Below, one piece after another: positions 1-8,030 of a stretch of DNA of 9,096 bases. Position 1 is the stretch's first letter, and every line of letters begins with the position of its first letter. The position numbers were made by a program, and so were the translations under genes. The DNA is from Octopus sinensis (Eukaryota): assembly GCF_006345805.1 (NCBI RefSeq), contig NW_021827998.1:1-9096 (forward strand), read 5' to 3'. The notes beneath the pieces are model-generated. The model did not search any database, was not told the origin of the DNA, and was given only the letters and a program-made list of their open reading frames with translations.

Positions 1-224
1 TTGTTGGTGTATTTCTTTCTATTTTTGTGCGTTATTTCAATGTTATCTGATTCAAAAGCTAGTATTTATTTCTAGTAGCGGCAACAGGAGGTGGGGAGAC
101 AATGATGGCCGCTACAACGACGGTGAAAACGAAAATAATTGCTCTTGCGACATTGCCAAATTGAACGAATTAGTTAACATCGTGTGCATACATGTGTAAT
201 ACACGTGTGTGCGTCTATTCTTCA

Positions 225-581
225 TATATATATATATATTATACATATATATATATAATATATATATAATATATATATAGTATATATGCTATATAATATA
301 TGTATATATATGTATATATATATATATATATATACACATATATATTATATGATATATATAAATATGCATATAACATAGATATAAGGATACATGCATGTCA
401 TTTACATATATATGAATATACATATGTATCTACATACATATATATGCATGTGTGTGCGCGAATGTGTATATATGTGTGCATATGCGCATATATTTATATT
501 TTATAATACAAAATTGTCATAAAATTTTACTAATATATATATACATATATCATATATATAGTATAATTATAAATTATACAC

Positions 582-618
<37 letters not shown>

Positions 619-735
619 ATATGTATTTGTATGTGAGTGTGTTTATATGTATGTATATATATATGTGTGTGTGTTGTGTCTGTATGTGAAAGTATAAATT
701 TATATATATGTATATATGTATGTTTGTATGTATAT
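225..735. repeat. Imperfect (TA)n / (TATG)n / (TG)n microsatellite-rich tract
   Basis: Long alternating TA runs with TG and TATG interruptions. ORFs 300-805 are I/Y/C/V/H/T translations of these repeats. Confidence 0.9.
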
Positions 736-1187
736 AGTGCCATTTGCATTTAAATGGCATGACAAAAAACTGGTATTTATGGTATTTAGAACTCTCCGTG
801 TGCATTCTTCCGTGTCGAAAGTGAAAATTTGAGAACTATTATCTTCTGAGTATCATCTGTTTGCAATCTACAATCTTGCATGTCACAGAGTACATAAATG
901 AAACCAAACAAAGCAGGCAATTCCATTTCTATGATATTCAGTTACATCATCTTACGAGTATTTCATTAACAGTTAATAACTATTAGTTATTTAAGTAAAA
1001 TCGCACAAATCGATAGCATTGTCAAATCTTCTGAGAAGCGTGACTCGCATTGATAACATCTAGTATTCATGGTAAACTGTCGACTGCTTTGTAGTAATAA
1101 CGTGTTTAATATTGTTTATTTACATAAATGTCTTAACGCATATTGTATATTTATATGTTCACACATAAACACAAATATACACCAGAG

Positions 1188-1190
<3 letters not shown>

Positions 1191-1226
<36 letters not shown>
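1191..1226. repeat. (TA)n microsatellite
   Basis: Perfect TA run of about 18 units. Confidence 0.97.
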
Positions 1227-1231
<5 letters not shown>

Positions 1232-1334
1232 GTAAAAAGTGAAAAAAACTACAGAAGGCTTGTTTTTAAAAAGTTAAAAATATATATTTGAGTCATTATG
1301 TCCAGAGAATGTTATAAATTTTTTTTCATACACC

Positions 1335-1393
<59 letters not shown>

Positions 1394-1402
1394 TACATAT
1401 AT
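1335..1402. repeat. Imperfect (TA)n microsatellite
   Basis: TA run with a few interruptions, directly upstream of the hammerhead-like repeat. Confidence 0.95.
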
Positions 1403-1404
1403 GT

Positions 1405-1530
1405 GTATCTTTTCTTGTAGAAGAGCGTAGGCTCGAAACGTAAAAAACTTTTTCTATTCCTGAGCGCTATACTAATACATCTGTTTGTTTGTACGCCACC
1501 TGCCTTCATCTTTTGTTTATTTTCGTAAAC
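1405..1530 (+). mobile_element. Fragment of a Penelope-like/non-autonomous repeat with a degenerate minimal hammerhead-like motif (copy A)
   Basis: GAGC-gtag-GCTC hairpin (1423-1434), then GAAAC-GTA (1435-1442), then tcctgagcg (1458-1466). The motif order gaagagc..gctcgaaacgt..tcctgagcgc..taata is shared with 5258-5320. The core upstream of stem II (cttgtaga) deviates from CUGANGA. Confidence 0.5.
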
Positions 1531-1893
1531 TTTCCCTTTATATATACACATACAATATATATATAAAGATATATATATTCATATGTATACATACATACGC
1601 ACATACGTACATATATGCATACAAAGCTGATGAGCATTCTCCATACCGAATCTATTAGTGACACAGTATAGATTTGTAGGAGATTCCAAAGATTCTCCAT
1701 CTCAGATTCTTTTTATGAACAGATGCATACATCTGGTTGTGTGCATCGACAGTTCAACTAATATAAAATTCAAGGACATATTTACAAACATCAGGGACCT
1801 TCTTATCCTCCAAATCTCCTGTCGCTTTGCTAGTGTCCTAAAAACTTAAATTAACTTAACTCTGTAAAACTGAAATTAACTTAAAGAAAATCC

Positions 1894-1969
1894 TACATAC
1901 GTACATACATACATACATACATACATACATACATACATACATACATACATACATACATACATACATACA
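1894..1969. repeat. (CATA)n microsatellite
   Basis: Near-perfect TACA/CATA array with one G interruption at 1901. Confidence 0.97.
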
Positions 1970-1981
1970 AGCAAACATATA

Positions 1982-2035
1982 CAGGTATTCACATGGTGCA
2001 TGGTTTGCACGGTTTCCATTTAGCATGGTTTTGGT
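1982..2035 (+). mobile_element. Possible Tc1/mariner-pogo (Tigger-like) terminal fragment
   Basis: TA (1980-1981) then CAG start, followed by three gcaYggttt motifs (1998-2006, 2007-2015, 2023-2031), reminiscent of Tigger/MER ends. No matching opposite TIR was found in the window. Confidence 0.25.
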
Positions 2036-2198
2036 GATTCCGTTATTTTAACCTATGCCTTATTGGCTCAGAATCAACGCTGTCGTTTTTTTTTCACTTT
2101 TACGTCATTATATTTTTGCCTTGCTTATGTGTCGGAACAATGAATTATTATTATTATTATTTGTTAATATTTTGATACATTGATATATTCAAAATTGA

Positions 2199-2306
2199 AT
2201 ATATTAATATTAATATCAAATATCAATATTAATATTGATATTAATAACAACAATATTAATATTAATATTAATATCAAATATCAATATTAATATTAATATC
2301 AAATAT
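2199..2306. repeat. (AATATT)n / AATATC hexamer-type low-complexity array
   Basis: Self-complementary AATATT units. An identical 36-mer occurs at 2201-2236 and 2259-2294. Confidence 0.9.
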
Positions 2307-2636
2307 CTGCTATAGCCCCGGGCCGACCAATGCCTTGTGAATGGATTTGGTAGACGGAAACTGAAAGAAGCCTGTCGTATATATGTATATATATATATAA
2401 TTGTGTGTGTATATGTTTGTGTGTCTGTGTTTTTCCCCCCTAGCATTGCTTGACAACCGATGCTGGTGTGTTTACGTCCCCGTCACTTAGCGATTCGGCA
2501 AAAGAGAGACCGAGAGAATAAGTACTGGGGTTACAAAGAATAAGTCCTGGGGTCGATTTGCTCGACTAAAGGCGGTGCTCCAGCATGGCTGCAGTCAAAT
2601 GACTGAAACAAGTAAAAGAGTAAAAGAGTAAGAGTA
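2307..2636 (+). mobile_element. 5'-truncated octopus-type SINE (central and 3' part) with an internal TA/TG microsatellite
   Basis: Sequence ctatagccccgggccgaccaatgccttgtgaatggatttggtagacggaaactgaaagaagcc..ggggtcgatttgctcgactaaaggcggtgctccagcatggc..gactgaaacaagtaaaagag recalled as an abundant Octopus SINE. It ends in a (TAAAAGAG)-like repeated tail and shares aataagtac..ctggggtcgat..tcgact with the SINEs at 7073-7474. No tRNA head and no convincing TSD. Confidence 0.8.
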
Positions 2637-2849
2637 TCAGCGAAGTCAATTAAAGAAATGATGATTAATATATTAAATCAAATTTAGCGCACAAATGTTC
2701 GACAAACACTACGAAATTGTAAGAACTATTTAAAAGAAAATGAAGAAAAAGAATTACAGCCAGGAAAATCGCGTGATCTTCAGTAACTTTGATGCATATA
2801 TCATACTCACATGGTGACATTATGGAAACAGCTGTATATTTGTGTATGT

Positions 2850-3044
2850 GTGCATGTGTTATTTATACGTATATACGTATTTTACACATACACGCACACA
2901 CGCACGCGTGATTTAAATATATATGTGTGTGTGTGTGTGTGCGTGAATGTATGTATGCGTGTGTGTTTGTCTGTGTATGTGTATGTGTGTGTGCGTGCAC
3001 TTTAAAGAGCTTCCCTTCTGGGAAAAGTGGGGTGCAACTGCCTG

Positions 3045-3080
<36 letters not shown>

Positions 3081-3233
3081 ATATATTATATATATATATA
3101 TATATATAAGTATATATCTATATATCTATGTATGTATAGATATATATATATATATATGGGTGTGTGGTGTTATATATATATATATATACATCACATGTAG
3201 TATATGTATACTATATATATATATATATATATA
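2850..3233. repeat. Mixed (TG)n and (TA)n microsatellite tract with a small unique island at ~3000-3045
   Basis: Direct reading of the dinucleotide arrays. Confidence 0.9.
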
Positions 3234-4560
3234 CGCACACGTACACATACACCACACACACACACCACATACATACATTACACTTGTATACACACACACT
3301 TACATTCATACACACACACACCTACACAGCCATACCCTCACTCAGAACACACATCTACCTACACACACCACAAACACACACGGACACACACCCATAATAC
3401 ATACATCTACACACACACGCCTACACACATACATCCACACACAACATCAAACACCACATACACATATACAACATACGCACACACACATTACTTATACTTA
3501 TACACATGACACCACACACACATACATACATACACCCATATACATACACACACACATACCCACATACTCCTATACGCACATACCATACACACAGACATAC
3601 ACACATACACACTCACAAAACATACACACACACATACTTAACACACACTCACCTGCCGCGCACACACATGCATGACAAACACCCATACACTCACACTCAC
3701 ATAAGCACACACCAACATAAACACGCACACGCACACGCACACACACACCTACACTCACACACACGCTAAACCCGTACCTACATACACACACGCACGCATA
3801 CACACGCATACACACATACATCACACACGTACACACACACCTACATACACATGCATACACACACACACCCAACATGCACGGACACACCCAACATACACAC
3901 AATACACCTATATACCCCCGCCCACACACCTACATACACACACATACATACACACACATAACCGGACACACCCTACATACTTACATACATACACCTGTAC
4001 ACACACGCCTACACACCTACATACACACACATGCATACCACACACACACATGTACGCACATACACACACATATACGCACATACATATATACCCACACACA
4101 TGCACACACACACACACATACGCACATGCATGCACACGCGCACACCTACACGCATACACACCACACCACGCACGTACACATACATACATACACCACACGC
4201 ATACATACACCCATACACATACATGCATCCTACACACACTACATACACACTCACACATACATACACACCCCACACTCACTCACACACCTGTATGTACGCG
4301 CACACACATGCACATACACACACTTCCCCACACCACACTTACATACATACACACTCACACACATACACACACACACACAACACACGGACATACATCTATG
4401 TACACACATACATATCACATACTCACATACATTCATCGGACACACTGCCACCCGACATACACACAGACACACTCACACATCCACACACATACATACTTAC
4501 GCACATACACGCAGGCGCGCGCACGCACGCGCTTGCCGCCGGTTCACGCACGCATACGCT
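3234..4560. repeat. Long degenerate (CA)n/(CATA)n low-complexity tract
   Basis: About 1.3 kb of C/A-dominated, G-poor sequence with no stable period. The H/T-rich (+) and V/C-rich (-) ORFs are its translations. Confidence 0.9.
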
Positions 4561-5074
4561 CCGCAGGCACCTCGCTCTTGAACCGACAAGACCTCCCGCC
4601 GTTCCGCTGGACCGGTCGCGTGTCGTTGGGTTTTCCCCGGCCCGCCTCCGCGGGACCACTCTTCCATCTTCCCTCACTGGAGTCCTTTTTCCTTAACCCC
4701 CTCCTCCCCCTTTTCGTTACACACACGCGCGCACACATATACACACATTGCTTAATATATACATTACTCTTACACACATTCAATCTACTCGCCACTTATA
4801 CCACCACGACACTGGACACACACCCACACTACTACTCAACACCCGCTGGCACGCTACATACCCGCACCCCCCTTCCCCTCCCTCCCTTCCTCCTTCCTTC
4901 TTTTTCTTACTACTGACCTTGTCTGCTAAGCTGACCACTGTCTCGCCCTACCTCACACGCTACACACAGACCACACACTAACAACACATATATTTATTTT
5001 TTTTTGTTTTTTTCATCTCGCCTCACACACACACTACACACAGCACACGCACACACTCACACATACACACACAT

Positions 5075-5375
5075 CTGTTGCGTTACCAACCTTGTCTCCA
5101 CTCTTTTGCCTTTAAAAACCACTTTGCTCTGTTTTCGTAAACATCCGCCTTTCAACCATGTGCAACTCGTAAAACACCAGTCGTCTTTTTTCTCTTTCCC
5201 TGTTGCCCGCTCTGGGATCTTTCTTCCTTTCTCTTCCTTCCTTTATGTTTCCGAACGAAGAGCTCCGCTCGAAACGTCATACCTCCCTGCTTCCACTTCC
5301 TGAGCGCCTATTATAATAATACTGTAATTGTTCCATTGTTGTTGTTTTTTTGTTTCCCGTTTTGGATTAAAATTA
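5075..5375 (+). mobile_element. Penelope-like/non-autonomous repeat fragment with a degenerate minimal hammerhead-like motif (copy B)
   Basis: gttt-CCGAACGA-A-GAGC-tcc-GCTC-GAAAC-GTC-atac (5247-5282), then tcctgagcg (5298-5306). Homologous in motif order to 1421-1480. The element boundaries are approximate. Confidence 0.5.
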
Positions 5376-5448
5376 ATATATATATATATATATATATATA
5401 TAAGTATTCTATATGAGTGTATTGAGTGTGTGCGTGTACGTATAGTAC

Positions 5449-5449
<1 letters not shown>

Positions 5450-5483
<34 letters not shown>

Positions 5484-5550
5484 CATACATACATACATAC
5501 ATACATACATACATACATACATACATACATACATACATACATAGACAGAT

Positions 5551-5608
<58 letters not shown>
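5450..5608. repeat. Compound microsatellite (TAGA)n-(TACA)n-(GA)n-(GACA)n
   Basis: Consecutive near-perfect blocks whose units differ by about one base. Confidence 0.97.
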
Positions 5609-5609
<1 letters not shown>

Positions 5610-5677
5610 GAAGGAAGAGTGACAGAAAGGCATCTAAATTAAATTTCATTCGTAAATGATGAGATAGCATATGATAC
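5606..5677 (+). repeat. 72-bp exact direct repeat, copy 1
   Basis: cagagaaggaagagtgacagaaaggcatctaaattaaatttcattcgtaaatgatgagatagcatatgatac is identical to 6797-6868. Confidence 0.97.
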
Positions 5678-5830
5678 CACAAAAAAAACAGTTAACGTTT
5701 CGTATTGTAAACAAATCGTTCGCTCGCTTATCTGTAAATCTGTGCACGGCTTTTGTTATTCTAATTTCTGTTTGAGAGAGAATGTGTGCAATTCTGCACA
5801 TCAGTGTCTTTCTCTGTATGTAAATTGAAT

Positions 5831-5833
5831 ATG

Positions 5834-5867
<34 letters not shown>

Positions 5868-6068
5868 TGTATGTATGTATGTATGTATGTATGTATGTGT
5901 GTGTGTATGTATGTACGTATGTATGTATGTATGTATGTTTGCATGTATGTATGTATGTATGTGTGTATGTATGTACGTATGTATGTATGTATTTATGTAT
6001 GTTGCATGTATGTACGTATGTACGTATGTATGTATTTATGTATGTATGTATGTATGTATTTATGTATG
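5831..6068. repeat. Imperfect (TATG)n microsatellite with a ~60-bp higher-order repeat
   Basis: TATG array. 5901-5932 is identical to 5961-5992, including the gtgtgt and tacg variants. Confidence 0.95.
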
Positions 6069-6352
6069 TTTTCATCAGCCTTTAATTAAATTCTTCCTCT
6101 CGGGAAGGAGCTAGTTTCTAACAACGAAGCAAAGCTCCATCGTTGGAATGTAGATAACATTTTAAACTTCAGAAAGTCTTGCATATTTTTACTGTACCAC
6201 TTATACATTGTATTTGTAATGAAGGAGTTGTTTGATTTACTTTTCTGAAAATTTTAGCTTAACCAGTTAGACATTTACTCACAAAACAAAGTGCATCAGT
6301 TATCATTGATATAAATGTGAATCTGTGTGTATGTATGTATGTATGTATGTAA

Positions 6353-6378
<26 letters not shown>

Positions 6379-6383
<5 letters not shown>

Positions 6384-6632
6384 TCCTCGCATGTATGCGA
6401 GTAATGTACGCGCTTTTGTTATGAATGGTGATTTTGAGTCAAAGTGCTATATATTTGTATGTATATATATATATTATATATATATCCACACACATCCACA
6501 CACATACATATATATAGCATATATATCAATGTATGTATGTATGTATGTATGTGTGCGTGCATACTCGCATGTATGCGTGTAATGTACGCGCTTTTGTTAC
6601 GAATGGTGTCTTTGAGTCAAAGTGCTATATAT
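6379..6632 (+). repeat. Diverged tandem duplication: 76-bp unique core at 6379-6454 and 6557-6632
   Basis: Manual alignment shows 5 mismatches in 76 bp with an offset of 178. Each copy is preceded by (TATG)n(TG)n. Confidence 0.95.
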
Positions 6633-6640
6633 GTGTGTAT

Positions 6641-6715
<75 letters not shown>
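6641..6715. repeat. (GATA)n microsatellite
   Basis: Perfect array of about 18 units. Confidence 0.98.
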
Positions 6716-6769
6716 CAGTGTTCATAATACAGCTATAAGTATAAATACAATTATTTCTTACCTGTGAAG

Positions 6770-6794
6770 TATCTATCTATCTATCTATCTATCT
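6770..6794. repeat. (TATC)n microsatellite (reverse complement of the neighbouring GATA array)
   Basis: About 6 perfect units, 54 bp downstream of (GATA)n. Confidence 0.95.
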
Positions 6795-6796
6795 TC

Positions 6797-6868
6797 CAGA
6801 GAAGGAAGAGTGACAGAAAGGCATCTAAATTAAATTTCATTCGTAAATGATGAGATAGCATATGATAC
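6797..6868 (+). repeat. 72-bp exact direct repeat, copy 2
   Basis: Identical to 5606-5677, offset 1191. Confidence 0.97.
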
Positions 6869-7072
6869 TAAATATTTGCGTAGGGTTGGCGGATATGTGC
6901 ATACAATCGATTATTTCAACCACAGTAATTGCTCGGTATTTTGTTTCAGCGATCACTGAAGAATATAAGGCAAAGCTGATTTAGACGGAATTTTAACTCA
7001 GTGTTTACAGGGAATTAATTAAGAACCGCAAAGCGTCTTATCAGATGCTTTGCCGAAACTGTCGTCCGCTGT
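6869..7072 (-). mobile_element. Old, diverged tRNA-derived SINE (same family as 7073-7474), minus strand
   Basis: The reverse complement reads ctgagttaaaattccgtctaaatcagctttgccttatattcttcagtgatcgctgaaacaaaataccgagcaattactgtggttgaaataatcgat, colinear with 7145-7240. Degenerate B box at 6987-6999. The left boundary is approximate. Confidence 0.7.
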
Positions 7073-7474
7073 AGGGCGGCGAGCTGGCAGAAACGTTAGC
7101 ACACCGGGCTAAATGCTTAGCGGTATTTCGTCTGTCTTTATGTTCTGAGTTCAAATTCCGCCGAGGTCGACTTTGCCTTTCATCCTTTCGTGGACGATTA
7201 AATAAGTACCAGTTATTCACTGGAGTCGATATAATCGACTTAATCCGTTTGTCTGTCCTTGTTTGTCCTCTCTGTGTTTAGCCCCTTGTGGGTAGTAAAG
7301 AAATAGGTATTTCGTCTGTCTTAACGTTCTGAGTTCAAATTCCGCCGAGGTCGAATTTTCCATTAATTCTTTCGGTGACGATGAAATAAGTACCAGTTGA
7401 ACACTGGGGTCGATATAATCGACTAGCCCTGTCCCATAAAATGTCAGGTCTTGTACATAGCGTAGAAAGAAAAA
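7073..7474 (+). mobile_element. Full-length dimeric tRNA-derived SINE with an 18-bp target-site duplication
   Basis: A-box-like tggcagaaacg (7085-7095) and B boxes gagttcaaattcc (7147-7159, 7331-7343). Two 120-bp cores (7122-7241, 7306-7425) differ at about 15 positions. A-rich tail. Flanked by gaaactgtcgtccgctgt (7055-7072) and gaaactgtcatccgctgt (7475-7492), 17/18 identical. Confidence 0.92.
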
Positions 7475-7725
7475 GAAACTGTCATCCGCTGTCTCTTAAG
7501 CTGCGAATATTTAAGAGCCAGAGAGAGAAACTTAACCTCCTAGAAATAGTAATGAAATCTCTAATTCACATCTTGTTTTCTTAAAATAAACGGAGCGAAA
7601 AACATTGTCCAAATTATACGAGTAAGTTTTTCAAATATTTTTCTTGAGCCTCAGTCGGATTATAATGTTACTATGCAGTATAAATGACCGGGTTCACAAT
7701 AATATCCCTGAACGGAACGTCAGTA

Positions 7726-7935
7726 CGTTACAGAATCCAAGGCCAATAATTTTGAGGGGAAGAAACAAGACGACAACGTCGACCCTCGTATTTAACTGGT
7801 GCCTTACTTTAACAGCCCCGAAGGGATGAAAAGCAAAGTCGACCTTGCGGGATTTGAACTTAGGACGTAAAGACCCGGAAGAAATGATGCTAAGCCTTCT
7901 TTCTGATAAGCTAATGATTCTGCCAGCACGCCGCT
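7726..7935 (-). mobile_element. Monomeric tRNA-derived SINE of the same family, minus strand
   Basis: The reverse complement reads gcggcgtgctggcagaatcattagc..aagttcaaatcccgcaaggtcgactttgcttttcatcccttcgggg..caccagttaaatacgagggtcgac..aaaattattggccttgg, colinear with the head, one core and the tail of 7073-7474. No TSD seen. Confidence 0.85.
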
Positions 7936-8030
7936 GTAGTTGAATAAATTACATCTAATAAAATAAATATCGGGATGTTCGTGTGGGGAATGCTTTCGCA
8001 GTTAAAGAAAAGCAGTAACAGCAACAGTTG

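Noticed and set aside
76-200. Short open stretch SGNRRWGDNDGRYNDGENENNCSCDIAKLNELVNI after a possible acceptor
   Set aside because: Short, no recognisable homology and no convincing donor site.
1628-1652. CTGATGA..GAAT hammerhead-like core
   Set aside because: No stem II pairing, GAAT instead of GAAA, and no stem III.
1647-1837. Possible minus-strand exon (ttttag|G..G|gtatgg)
   Set aside because: All three frames contain stops and the peptides are unrecognisable.
6107-6145. Two interleaved 6-bp inverted repeats (ggagct/agctcc and caacga/tcgttg) suggesting a pseudoknot or HDV-like ribozyme
   Set aside because: No P3/P1.1/P4 elements, the 1-nt connecting loop is sterically unlikely, and short stems arise by chance.
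300-6644. Numerous ORFs rich in I/Y, H/T or V/C/M, up to 288 aa
   Set aside because: They are translations of TA, CA/TG and CATA/TATG microsatellites, which lack stops in several frames. No domain-like sequence.
6757-6764. Strong minus-strand splice donor CAG|GTAAGA
   Set aside because: The upstream 'exon' would be GATA microsatellite, with no credible coding exon.
7122-7425. Repeat-spacer-repeat pattern as a CRISPR-like array
   Set aside because: Only two 120-bp diverged units containing Pol III B boxes in a eukaryotic context. It is a SINE dimer.
7531-7590. Sequence ttaacctcctagaaata.. that feels like another octopus repeat fragment
   Set aside because: Recognition is from memory only, with no second copy or structural support in the window.
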